The notes below the pieces were generated by a model that searched no databases, was not told where the DNA came from, and was given only the letters and a program-made list of their open reading frames with translations. From Promethearchaeota archaeon (GTDB lineage Archaea > Asgardarchaeota > Lokiarchaeia > Sigyniarchaeales > SOKP01), in NCBI GenBank assembly GCA_016840165.1, contig JAEOSU010000004.1, positions 1-53,813 of the forward strand: DNA of 53,813 nt. Reading direction: 5' to 3'. Both the position numbers and the translations under genes were made by a program. This document shows positions 36,993 to 46,676 of this stretch, one piece after another; positions within the stretch are counted from its first letter, which is position 1, and each line of letters opens with the position of its first letter.

Positions 36993-39932
36993 ATGGAAGA
37001 ACTGAACATTAAAGATTTGACACCAATGATGAAACATTGGTTTACTATAAAGGAAAGATATAAAGAAAAATATCCTAATCATGTAATTGCGTATCGAATG
37101 GGAGATTTTTATGAGTTTTTCTATGATGATGCTGAAAGAGTCTCGAATTTATTAGGTATTACGCTTACTAAACGAAAAATTGGAGGAGATGCATATCCCC
37201 TAGCAGGGATACCCCATCATGCGGGAAATTATCTAAAGAATTTAGTACATTTAGGGCAAACAGTAGTAGTGGTTGACCAATTAGAAGATCCATCAACTGT
37301 AAAGGGAAGGATTGTTAAACGTGGTGTAGTCCGAATTTTATCTCCTGGAACAATTATTGAAAGCGATATGTTGAAATCAAATGCTAATAATTATCTCTGT
37401 TCCATTGTTAAGGAAAAGAAAGGATATGGAATTGCTTTCGCTGATTTGTCGACAGGAGAGTTTGTTACAACTGAATTTTTAAAAAGGAACCAAGATGCTT
37501 TGGATAAAGTCCTCACAATTTTTTCGCAGTATGATCCCGTTGAGGTTATTGTTCCTTTAGAGCTAAAAAGCGATGATCGTTTCTTTTTACTTCTTACTGA
37601 TTTAAATGATGCCTTAATTAAGCCTTATGAAGATTATGTATTTGCTTATGATGAGGCCCATGAATTAATTAAACGTCATTTTAATCTTTCGAGTATCAAT
37701 AGCTTAGGCTTAGAAGGGAAGAATTACGCTATTCAAGCATCCGGAGGATTATTGGCTTTTTTAAAAGAAACTCAGAGAGATCTACTTCCCAATATCTTTA
37801 AAATTCGCTTAATAACGGATGATCGAGTTCTACATTTAGATTATATTACTCAGAGAAATTTAGAACTTACCACTTCTCTATGGGAACGAGGAAAAGATAG
37901 CACTCTTTTTTCAATTTTTAATCACACTCATACCCCTATGGGAACTCGCTTACTGAAGAAAATTATCCTTCAACCGCTTCTAGATATTAAAGAAATAAAT
38001 CAAAGATTAAATATTGTTCAAAAATTTAAGGATGATATCTTTTTAAGAACAGAATTAAGAGATCAACTAAAATTGATGGGAGATCTCGAAAGGTATGTAA
38101 ATAGAATAAATTATTCCGGAAATTCAAATGCACGTGATTTAATCAGTATTAAAAATTGTCTTGAAATCATCCCAAAGATAAAAGAACTACTAAAGAAATC
38201 AGTAATTCCCGAAATTGATATCTTCTTACAAGAGATTAATGAATTTACAGAAATAAAATCTTTAATAGAAAGTTCAATTAAGGAAGATGCACCATCCACT
38301 GTAAAAGAAGGTAACATAATTAGCGATGGGTTCAATAAAAGAGTAGATGAATTAAGAGATCTTTTGCATAATGGAAAGAAGTATATTCTTGACTATGAAA
38401 AACAAGAAAGAAATAAGCTAAATCTCACTTCAGGATTTAAGATTGGACATAATAATATTTTGGGTTATTATATCCAAATTACTTTAAATACTTTAAAAAC
38501 TATACCAAAAATACCGGAGGATTATAATGAGCGACAAACTCTCAAAAATGCTAAACGTTTTACTACTGCTAAGTTAAAAACTTTGGAAGAAGATATAGTG
38601 GAAGCAGAGGAGCAGATAAATGATCTAGAATATGAAATATATTGTACAATCCGGGAAAGAGTTGTAAAAGAGACGAAAAAGATTTTAGAAACAACGAGAA
38701 TTATTGCATATATCGATGTATTGGCTTGCTTTGCTCAAGTCAGTGAGGAATATAATTATTGTCGCCCTCTTATTAATAATTCTCACCAGATAATAATTAA
38801 GGAGGGACGCCATCCTGTTGTCGAGCAAATGAATATTGCTGAAAAGTTTATTCCTAATGATTGTTATTTAAATACCGAAAATGAACAGATTCTAATTATT
38901 ACAGGACCAAATATGTCCGGTAAGAGTACTTACTTGCGACAAGTAGCACTAATTTGCATTATCGCCCAGATGGGATGTTTTGTTCCAGCAAAATCAGCAA
39001 AAATTGGGGTTATTGATCAAATATTTACGCGTATTGGAGCCTCAGATGATTTAGCGAGAAAATTAAGTACTTTCATGATTGAGATGACAGAAACCGCAAA
39101 AATTTTGAATTATGCAACTCCATCAAGTGTAGTTATAATTGATGAGTTGGGAAGAGGGACCAGTACAAGTGACGGTCAAAGTATAGCAATGGCTACCATC
39201 GAAAAACTTCATGAGCTAAAAACAAAAACTCTTTTTAGTACCCATTATCACCAATTAACTGAAATAGAATTGCCCCGAGTGAAGAATTATCATTTGGATA
39301 TCCTTGAAAACGAAGATGGCAGTATAAACTTTGTAAGAACCTTAAAAGAGGGGAGTACAGACAAATCTTATGGTATTCATGTTGCTAAGTTGGCTGGAAT
39401 CCCAGATGATGTTATTATTCGAGCATTTGAGATTCTCGAGCAAATTGAGCAAAAAGATCCCTTTAAAGCGGCTGTAAAATTAAATGGGAATAACGAATCA
39501 AATGGTAAGTATTATGATAAATTCATTAGAGAAAAAAGACATGAATTAAAGAAAATAAATACGGAATTATCCTCCAAGAAACATGAATTGCTTGATTGTG
39601 AAGATAAATTATTGACAAAAGAAAAAGAATTAGGAAAAAAAGAATTTGAACTTGAAAAATTAAAAACCCAAATGAATCAATCTACTGGTTCAAAGCGACA
39701 GGAACAATCAGAAGATGAAAAATTTAGAAAAAAAAAGAAATCTTATGTTCAGACTACCTTCTTTAAACCTAAAGTATTGGAGAAAGTTGTAGTTAATGAG
39801 GATTTAGAGGAAATTCTCGATATAATTAAAAATTTGGATATCAATTCCTTAACTCCAATAGAGGCGATGAAAGTCATAATTGATATCAAACAAAAAGGAG
39901 AGAAACTTGATTCTTTGAATTTAGAAGAATAG
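36993..39932 (+). CDS. mutS: DNA mismatch repair protein MutS (MutS1 type)
   Basis: TPMM, GDFYEFF, GRHPVVE, TGPNMSGKST, STFM.EM, DELGRGT, STHYH, SYGIHVA. Confidence 0.97.
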   Translation: MEELNIKDLTPMMKHWFTIKERYKEKYPNHVIAYRMGDFYEFFYDDAERVSNLLGITLTKRKIGGDAYPLAGIPHHAGNYLKNLVHLGQTVVVVDQLEDPSTVKGRIVKRGVVRILSPGTIIESDMLKSNANNYLCSIVKEKKGYGIAFADLSTGEFVTTEFLKRNQDALDKVLTIFSQYDPVEVIVPLELKSDDRFFLLLTDLNDALIKPYEDYVFAYDEAHELIKRHFNLSSINSLGLEGKNYAIQASGGLLAFLKETQRDLLPNIFKIRLITDDRVLHLDYITQRNLELTTSLWERGKDSTLFSIFNHTHTPMGTRLLKKIILQPLLDIKEINQRLNIVQKFKDDIFLRTELRDQLKLMGDLERYVNRINYSGNSNARDLISIKNCLEIIPKIKELLKKSVIPEIDIFLQEINEFTEIKSLIESSIKEDAPSTVKEGNIISDGFNKRVDELRDLLHNGKKYILDYEKQERNKLNLTSGFKIGHNNILGYYIQITLNTLKTIPKIPEDYNERQTLKNAKRFTTAKLKTLEEDIVEAEEQINDLEYEIYCTIRERVVKETKKILETTRIIAYIDVLACFAQVSEEYNYCRPLINNSHQIIIKEGRHPVVEQMNIAEKFIPNDCYLNTENEQILIITGPNMSGKSTYLRQVALICIIAQMGCFVPAKSAKIGVIDQIFTRIGASDDLARKLSTFMIEMTETAKILNYATPSSVVIIDELGRGTSTSDGQSIAMATIEKLHELKTKTLFSTHYHQLTEIELPRVKNYHLDILENEDGSINFVRTLKEGSTDKSYGIHVAKLAGIPDDVIIRAFEILEQIEQKDPFKAAVKLNGNNESNGKYYDKFIREKRHELKKINTELSSKKHELLDCEDKLLTKEKELGKKEFELEKLKTQMNQSTGSKRQEQSEDEKFRKKKKSYVQTTFFKPKVLEKVVVNEDLEEILDIIKNLDINSLTPIEAMKVIIDIKQKGEKLDSLNLEE

Positions 39933-41822
39933 GTGGAAATATTGGATAGGCCAGCCATAAAAAAGATTATTGACTATGAAAAGATTGCAGCAGGCGAAGT
40001 AATAGAAAGGCCGGCGAATGTTGTTAAAGAATTGATCGAAAATAGTATTGATGCTGGAGCGAAAGAAATTCGAATAATTATAAGGAAAGCTGGGAAAGAG
40101 TTTATCCAAATTATTGATGACGGAATAGGAATACTATCCGGAGAACTTGACATAGCTTTTGAGAGACACACTAGTAGTAAGATTAGGATTTTTGATGATT
40201 TAACAAAACTTAATTCCATCGGTTTTAGAGGAGAAGCATTGGCTAGCATTGCAGCTGTGAGTAAAGTAATTATTATATCTCGAACAGAGTCCAATCAAAG
40301 AGGAAAAGAGTTAATAATTGAAGGAGGAAAAATTTTATCTTCGAAAGAGGTGGCTTGTTCTATTGGAACAAATATTCAGGTTAAACATTTGTTTTATAAT
40401 ATTCCAGCAAGAAGAAAATTTCTAAAAAAGGATATGACTGAATTAGGCCACATTAGCGATATTATTCAAAGATATGCACTATGTTATCCAATGATACATT
40501 TCATTTATATGAATGAAAATTTGACTATTCTGAACTGTCCTGCTTCAAACGACTTAAGAACCACAGTTTTTCATATTTATGGAAAAAAAATTGCAAAATA
40601 TGTAGAACCCATCAATTATAAGGATAAAAATATCACTATAAAAGGATTGCTGGGACACAGTGAGATTTCTAGAAATAATCGGAGTCAATCAAGTATCTTT
40701 CTCAATAAAAGATATGTGATTAGTGATCTCATATATAGGGCAATCCAAGACGCCTATGCGGGCGTGATGATGATAGGACGATATCCATTTTTTATTTTGA
40801 ATTTCGAATTTAACCCTGCATTTATTGATTTCAATGTACATCCTAAGAAATTACATATTAGGTTTGAGGATGAGGAATATGTCTATAATAAAATATATGA
40901 GGTAATTCATAGATTTGTTAAAGAACTATTTATGGAAAAAGAAGATAAATATATCATATCTGATTTGGATCAATTTGTGCCCCAACCAGAAGCTATATCT
41001 AGTGCGCCAGATAACGTTGATACCGAAATTAATAGAATGCAATCTTCAGAACCTGAAACTGATGCTTCAAATACACAAAATCAAGCGGAAATCATAGACC
41101 GTATTAAAGCTCCTGTGCAGTTGAGTTTGAATGATGAAGTTACCAGCACTTTGATTAATGGGAAAGAAGTATCTGACACATATTTGCGAGAAAAGTTTAT
41201 TATTAAGAAAAATTTTCCTAAGCTTCGGTTAATTTCTTATACAGGACAATTGAGTAACCATACATATATTGTTTTAGAAGGGATTAATGAAGAAGGAGAG
41301 AGTGGTTTGTATATTTTAGATCAACACGCTGCCTCTGAAAGAGTTATGAAAGAATATTTTTATACTTTGTATGCTAAAGCACGACAGAATCGACAAACTT
41401 TAATAGTTCCATTAAAAATTGATGTGTCTGCTAGTGAAAAATTTTTCTTATTGTCTAATTTATTGGAATTTAAAAAATTAGGGTTTAACTTTGAACATTT
41501 TGGGGGAAATACATTTGTATTGAGGGAAATTCCAACTATTATTGAAAAACTACCGAATACAAAAATCATAAAAGAAGTCATAGGTGATATTACTGAAATC
41601 GGAAAAGATAAAAGGTTTGCTGAATCACGTGAAGAAATCATTAATTATTTGGCATGTCATAAAAGTATTCGTGGTGGTGATAATCTTAGTTTAAAAGATA
41701 TAAGAAAACTCTTGATTGATTTATCTTATTGCGAGAATCCTTATCATTGTGCCCATGGAAGACCTACTTTGAAATTTATATCCTTTAAGGAGTTGGATAA
41801 GTTGTTCAAACGAATAGTATAA
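39933..41822 (+). CDS. mutL: DNA mismatch repair endonuclease MutL
   Basis: IAAGEVIERP, ELIENSIDAG, GFRGEAL, NVHP.K, DQHAASER, ACH, CAHGRP. Confidence 0.97.
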   Translation: MEILDRPAIKKIIDYEKIAAGEVIERPANVVKELIENSIDAGAKEIRIIIRKAGKEFIQIIDDGIGILSGELDIAFERHTSSKIRIFDDLTKLNSIGFRGEALASIAAVSKVIIISRTESNQRGKELIIEGGKILSSKEVACSIGTNIQVKHLFYNIPARRKFLKKDMTELGHISDIIQRYALCYPMIHFIYMNENLTILNCPASNDLRTTVFHIYGKKIAKYVEPINYKDKNITIKGLLGHSEISRNNRSQSSIFLNKRYVISDLIYRAIQDAYAGVMMIGRYPFFILNFEFNPAFIDFNVHPKKLHIRFEDEEYVYNKIYEVIHRFVKELFMEKEDKYIISDLDQFVPQPEAISSAPDNVDTEINRMQSSEPETDASNTQNQAEIIDRIKAPVQLSLNDEVTSTLINGKEVSDTYLREKFIIKKNFPKLRLISYTGQLSNHTYIVLEGINEEGESGLYILDQHAASERVMKEYFYTLYAKARQNRQTLIVPLKIDVSASEKFFLLSNLLEFKKLGFNFEHFGGNTFVLREIPTIIEKLPNTKIIKEVIGDITEIGKDKRFAESREEIINYLACHKSIRGGDNLSLKDIRKLLIDLSYCENPYHCAHGRPTLKFISFKELDKLFKRIV

Positions 41823-41887
41823 ATTTTAATAGGAGATAAGAAGTAAAGTAAATAAAATGATTAAATCAGTTAACAATAACTTAAAAT

Positions 41888-42166
41888 TCAAGCTTTTGAG
41901 AATGCTATACCTTCAATACCTTGTATTCCATCGGCTTTACTGAAGCACTCTTCTACTTTATCCGTTCCACCCCATTCTTCGGGATATCTAACACGAACCC
42001 TTGCTTTTTTTAATCCGAATGCAACTGGAATAACATCATAGCGTTCGATTACTGCATCATTAGGCAGAGTATCTTTTAATTTTTTGATTAGTTCTTCAAA
42101 ATCAGTATCAATCTCTTCCGGTACAACATCAATTAACGCAATAAATTCTTTTCCCATATTCTTCAC
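41888..42166 (-). CDS. ef1b: Translation elongation factor aEF-1 beta (probable ATG start at 42157)
   Basis: V.PE....D..EL, PVAFGLK, GGTD.VE. Confidence 0.9.
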   Translation of the reverse strand: MKNMGKEFIALIDVVPEEIDTDFEELIKKLKDTLPNDAVIERYDVIPVAFGLKKARVRVRYPEEWGGTDKVEECFSKADGIQGIEGIAFSKA

Positions 42167-42190
42167 TATTTTTCCGTTTAACAGATTAAT

Positions 42191-42367
42191 TTATGGGCCT
42201 TCAAACTCGCACTTTAAGCATTTATACGTATTACCCATTGTCCTGCAACGTTCACATCTCCAAATTGTCACGTCCCCACATTGAGGACAAGGAAAATGGA
42301 CAGCACCTTCATATGGAGCGATTGGACGACCACAAGAAAAACACAAATTCTTCTTAAAACTTGACAT
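42191..42367 (-). CDS. Small double Zn-ribbon protein (DUF1610/COG2888), not in the ORF track
   Basis: Manual translation MSSFKKNLCFSCGRPIAPYEGAVHFPCPQCGDVTIWRCERCRTMGNTYKCLKCEFEGP (58 aa, four CxxC); usual position upstream of EF-1 beta. Confidence 0.92.
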   Translation of the reverse strand: MSSFKKNLCFSCGRPIAPYEGAVHFPCPQCGDVTIWRCERCRTMGNTYKCLKCEFEGP

Positions 42368-42568
42368 TGTTATTTGTAATCTAATTGATTAGCTGTATTG
42401 AAAATTAGAATATAAAATAACTTTAATTCTTTTCGTTTTTATTTCTTCACTCAAACATCATAGAAAAGTTAATTAAAGTTTAAATTGATAAACAACATTA
42501 TTAAAATATAAATTATCTTTAATAATTTAAGGAATCACCATTATAAATGAAAATAAAGGTGTACACTA

Positions 42569-43105
42569 ATTCCAGAAAATAAAGTAAGGAAATATTTTAG
42601 TTTAATAGAGGCATGGGCATGGTGTGATATATGCCAGGATATGGTAGCGTTAAGATTGGACAAGAAAGAAATTATTGATGGACTGAAGATGGGACTTTAT
42701 ACAAAAGAATATACCCATTCCAATCCATATCCTGATCCTGAAGATCCCGATGATATATCAGGACAAGAGCATAAAGTATATGTCTATATAAATGATAACT
42801 ATGATATCACGGGAGTAAAAAGCTTTTTTGGAGATTCGCCTAGTATAACTCAAGTTGGGGCTGAAACTGTTGAAGCGGGTGGCGAAGCAAGAATACCTAT
42901 AGTCGTAAAGGAAGTTCCAGAAATGAGTGTTCATTTAGGTATGTTAAGTATGGAAGAGTACAAATTATTGAAGATTTGTGATGGAATGAATACTATTGAA
43001 CAGTGCGCAGAAATAGCAGAAAAACCTTTATCTGACGTTGAGGATATGATGGGTAAACTGAGGGATAAAGGATTAGTTAAAGTAATTCGCAGAACTTCGG
43101 CATAA
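42569..43105 (+). CDS. Putative Zn-binding (CxxC...H...H) protein with C-terminal winged HTH; first in-frame ATG is 42641, proposed AUU start at 42569
   Basis: C-terminal 'LLKICDG.NTIEQ.AE.......V...M.KL..KGLV' wHTH; the upstream frame encodes WCDICQD. Confidence 0.75.
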   Translation: MPENKVRKYFSLIEAWAWCDICQDMVALRLDKKEIIDGLKMGLYTKEYTHSNPYPDPEDPDDISGQEHKVYVYINDNYDITGVKSFFGDSPSITQVGAETVEAGGEARIPIVVKEVPEMSVHLGMLSMEEYKLLKICDGMNTIEQCAEIAEKPLSDVEDMMGKLRDKGLVKVIRRTSA

Positions 43106-43220
43106 GATTTTGAATTTATCTAGTTACCTTTTTTTCTGAGATTGAAACAGTTAAAATTATATTTAATCTATATTATAATAAATCTGATTAAAGATAAGAA
43201 TAGTAATTGTTGTTCTAATA

Positions 43221-43946
43221 ATGGCATTAAATTATTTAAGCGATACTTATTTAGTTAGATTTTTATTGAATTTGATTTTTGTTAGCACTAGCTTCATTAT
43301 TGGTATTAAAATCATACTAAAATATAAAACACTAAAAAAGAAGGAATTTCTTTTCCTAGGAGCATCATGGATACTTATGAGTTCTCCTTGGTGGTGGACA
43401 ATTTTAAATTTAACTACAGTAATTCTTTTCAATACACCGTCAACTGAATGGATGGAATTACTTTTATCGAATGCTTTTATTCCCTTCGCATTAATCTTTT
43501 GGATATATGCATATTCATATTCTATGGATCTTAAATATAAGAAAGAATTTACCATTTTAACTACTTTAATTTGTACTTCTTATGAGACTGTTGTTTTAGT
43601 TCTATTGTTTGTTAATCCAAATTTAATAGGATATAAAATTAATTTGGAAGTTATGAATCGAACTCCATTGAGTTTAATTTTTGCTATTTCCACAGCATTA
43701 ATTATATTTATTACAGGTACTTTGTTCTCTATTAATTCAATTCGTTCAGTCGATAGAGAAACGCACTTACGAGGCTATTTCTTATTAATCGCTTTTTCAT
43801 TAATCACATTTTCCGCAGGTATGGATTCATTTAGTTGGCAAGAGATTATTATAATAATAATTATTAGATCATTCTTGACATTAAGTTCAATTTTTTTTTA
43901 TTTCGGATTTTTCTATCCAATAAAGCTTATAAAGAAGTATGATTAA
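43221..43946 (+). CDS. Seven-TM integral membrane protein of unknown function
   Basis: About seven hydrophobic segments with basic short loops. Confidence 0.75.
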   Translation: MALNYLSDTYLVRFLLNLIFVSTSFIIGIKIILKYKTLKKKEFLFLGASWILMSSPWWWTILNLTTVILFNTPSTEWMELLLSNAFIPFALIFWIYAYSYSMDLKYKKEFTILTTLICTSYETVVLVLLFVNPNLIGYKINLEVMNRTPLSLIFAISTALIIFITGTLFSINSIRSVDRETHLRGYFLLIAFSLITFSAGMDSFSWQEIIIIIIIRSFLTLSSIFFYFGFFYPIKLIKKYD

Positions 43947-43959
43947 AAAATAAAATTTG

Positions 43960-44628
43960 TTAATAACCGATTATCTTTCTGCCATTTTCCAAACCTAAAT
44001 GTAAAGCTTTAATATTATTTTCAGGTTCTCTTAGTCGCTCCTTAATGACTTCTTCATAATCCTCTATTTCAATGAATGGTAATTTATTAGTCGTTATTGC
44101 AAGACCCAGTAAAATAATATTTACAAATTGATTAGATTTAAAAGAGTTTAATGATAATTCAGTGGCATTCAAAAAATATATCTCATCAGAGTACTGCCTT
44201 AAAACCTTTTCAATCATTTTTAAAGAGGGATATTCCTCTAATCCTGCTGTTATCATAATTCCGGGAATAGAATAAGAATTGATGGCAAATGTGGTTTTAT
44301 TCGAAGCAAAAAGACCATGCCTTAATGTTTCTACGGGCTCAATGCAAATGTATAAATCAGCATCACCATAAGAAATAAGAGGACTTTGAATATTTTTACG
44401 CTCATTTTTATTCAATTTTTTTTGATAACGTGTATGGCTTACAATTGCACCTTCTCTTTGTGCTAATCCATGATGTTCTGTTCCGAAACATCTGTTTATA
44501 CCTGCCTTTTGGGCAGCAAATTCTATGAGCCTTTTAAGGGTAATAACTCCCTGCCCTGCAGTTCCTGCTATAATAATATTAATTATGTCTGTGTCATTAA
44601 AGTTCACGGAAAGGAACCTCCTCTTCAA
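43960..44628 (-). CDS. iorB: Indolepyruvate:ferredoxin oxidoreductase beta subunit (probable GTG start at 44607)
   Basis: IIIAG..GQGV, E.HGLAQR.G.IVSH.R, SPLI..G.AD, EP.E.LR. Confidence 0.9.
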   Translation of the reverse strand: MKRRFLSVNFNDTDIINIIIAGTAGQGVITLKRLIEFAAQKAGINRCFGTEHHGLAQREGAIVSHTRYQKKLNKNERKNIQSPLISYGDADLYICIEPVETLRHGLFASNKTTFAINSYSIPGIMITAGLEEYPSLKMIEKVLRQYSDEIYFLNATELSLNSFKSNQFVNIILLGLAITTNKLPFIEIEDYEEVIKERLREPENNIKALHLGLENGRKIIGY

Positions 44629-46534
44629 ATAAATTAATTATTGATTTACGAATAGCACCATTTGGACAAATTTCATAACATACGCCACATTTTATGCATC
44701 TTTCTTGATCTATTTGCATTTCTTCAAGGTTGTCTATTCTAACTTTTCTTAACGCTGGACAACTTAATATTCGGGCACATTCATAACAGAGTTGACACCC
44801 CCCTATATAATATGAGATTTCTTGAACTTTGTTTCCTTTTTGGGTCAATTCTTTTATCTTAGTCTGTCTCCATCTATGAGCCTGAAGGGCACATTCTCGT
44901 TTAACTATTATGACCTTGAATCCTTTTGTATTTAATCCTTCATTTATAGTCTTTATTAGCTGCTTTGGGTTATAAGAATCCTCCACTTTTACCCATGAAA
45001 CCCCCACAGCATTACAAATCTTTTCAATTGATAACCGTTTCTCTGTTAGACCTAATACTGGTTGATGCCCAGTCATTGCGGTCCAATTATTTTCAAATAC
45101 AAATAACAAAATATTAGAATCATAATTTGCAGCTTCCGTTAAAGGTGCCATCCCAGTATGAAGAAATGTTGAATCCCCAATTAATGCAATTATTTTTTGG
45201 TCAGTTTTTTCACTCATCCCAATGGCAGCACTAAGCCCACCAGACATACAAATAATTAGATCACTACATTGTTGAGGAGGAAAGAAGCTCATCACGAAAC
45301 ATCCTATATCTCCACACACTACAGTATTTTCCAAGTTATTAGTTGCTTTTAAAATAGTGTAAAGTGTGGCTCGTTCTGGACATCCAGCACAAAAAGTCGG
45401 AAATCTACTCGGGATAGTATTTTTATAAGAATTGTATAATTCTATTGCATTATGAATTTTGTCATTTGATTCAATACCAAATAAGTTTGCTAACCGATTG
45501 GCGACAAGACCAGTAGAATATTCGTTATACTTTGGAAAGTATTCTTGGCCGAAGATTTCGATGTCAATTTTGAACTTTTGCGCAATTTCTGCAATTTTAA
45601 CTTCTAGAAAGGGTTCTAACTCTTCGATGATTATTACTTTTTTTAAATTTCTGATGAATTTGGTTATCTCCTCATAATTGAGAGGATAGATCATGCCTAA
45701 TTTCAAGATTGGCACATCATCTATCCCGAGTTGATTTAGAGCTTCAATAGAATAGCCAAATGACATACCACTTGTAATTATTCCGACAGAATTCTTTCCT
45801 GGATATATTTTATTTATATTAAGAGTCGGAATTATACTTCTTATAGCTTCTATTCTCTCATATAATCTAATGTGATTACTTATAGCGTGTGGAGGGAGAG
45901 AATTAAATTTTGGTATATTTCTTATAAACTTTCCTTTAGCCAATCCGTTCTTTAAAGGCTCCAAGTCCACATAACCTCGAGAATGAGCACTTCTAGTCGA
46001 TGTACGGATCTCGAACACCGTATCGTACTTTTCTGAGAGTTCAAATGCCAATTTTGTGAAATCCTTACATTCTTGAGGTGTGTGAGGCTCGAAACATGGA
46101 AAGTGGAACATCCAAGTATAAAAACGCTCATTTTGTTCTTGATGAGAGCCTAAACTTCCAGGATCTGCCCCAACAACTATGACCATGGCACCAGGATTAG
46201 GTCCATTCAGGGCTATGACACTTAAAGCATCACTTGCAACATTAAGACCAACATGTTTCATCGGATTTAATACTTTGCATCCCGTCCATGCCGCTCCAGC
46301 ACATTCCGAGCTTGCAACAGCTTCATTAATTGCCCAATGATGGATAAGAGCTTCATGGAAGATGGGTTCTTGGCCAATAATGGTTTGAAAAGTCTCTCCA
46401 ATGTCGCTTGTCGGAGTTCCGGGATATTGGGCTACATAACTGACCCCAGCTTCAAGGCTTCCTCTCACTATGGCTTCATTTCCCAGCATTAAAACTGTTC
46501 CATGTTGATCTGTAAATCGTGTATCTTTAATCAT
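44597..46534 (-). CDS. iorA: Indolepyruvate:ferredoxin oxidoreductase alpha subunit
   Basis: LGNEAI.RG, YPGTP, MKHVGLNVASD, FCAGCP, GDIGC, GDSTF.H, C-terminal ferredoxin Cys motifs. Confidence 0.93.
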   Translation of the reverse strand: MIKDTRFTDQHGTVLMLGNEAIVRGSLEAGVSYVAQYPGTPTSDIGETFQTIIGQEPIFHEALIHHWAINEAVASSECAGAAWTGCKVLNPMKHVGLNVASDALSVIALNGPNPGAMVIVVGADPGSLGSHQEQNERFYTWMFHFPCFEPHTPQECKDFTKLAFELSEKYDTVFEIRTSTRSAHSRGYVDLEPLKNGLAKGKFIRNIPKFNSLPPHAISNHIRLYERIEAIRSIIPTLNINKIYPGKNSVGIITSGMSFGYSIEALNQLGIDDVPILKLGMIYPLNYEEITKFIRNLKKVIIIEELEPFLEVKIAEIAQKFKIDIEIFGQEYFPKYNEYSTGLVANRLANLFGIESNDKIHNAIELYNSYKNTIPSRFPTFCAGCPERATLYTILKATNNLENTVVCGDIGCFVMSFFPPQQCSDLIICMSGGLSAAIGMSEKTDQKIIALIGDSTFLHTGMAPLTEAANYDSNILLFVFENNWTAMTGHQPVLGLTEKRLSIEKICNAVGVSWVKVEDSYNPKQLIKTINEGLNTKGFKVIIVKRECALQAHRWRQTKIKELTQKGNKVQEISYYIGGCQLCYECARILSCPALRKVRIDNLEEMQIDQERCIKCGVCYEICPNGAIRKSIINLFEEEVPFREL

Positions 46535-46676
46535 AAAATTCTCCTATTCTAATTAGATTAATATTATAATTAAAAGAATTAATCATTAAATCATTTAATT
46601 ATTCTCTAAAGAGAACTATTCAAGTAAAAATTATTGGTTCTATGAAAAAGAGTAATATTAAATTTAGAAAAGTAGT

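Noticed and set aside
43221-43946. 7-TM protein as a rhodopsin
   Set aside because: No DxxxK/SxxxK retinal-binding lysine in the last helix
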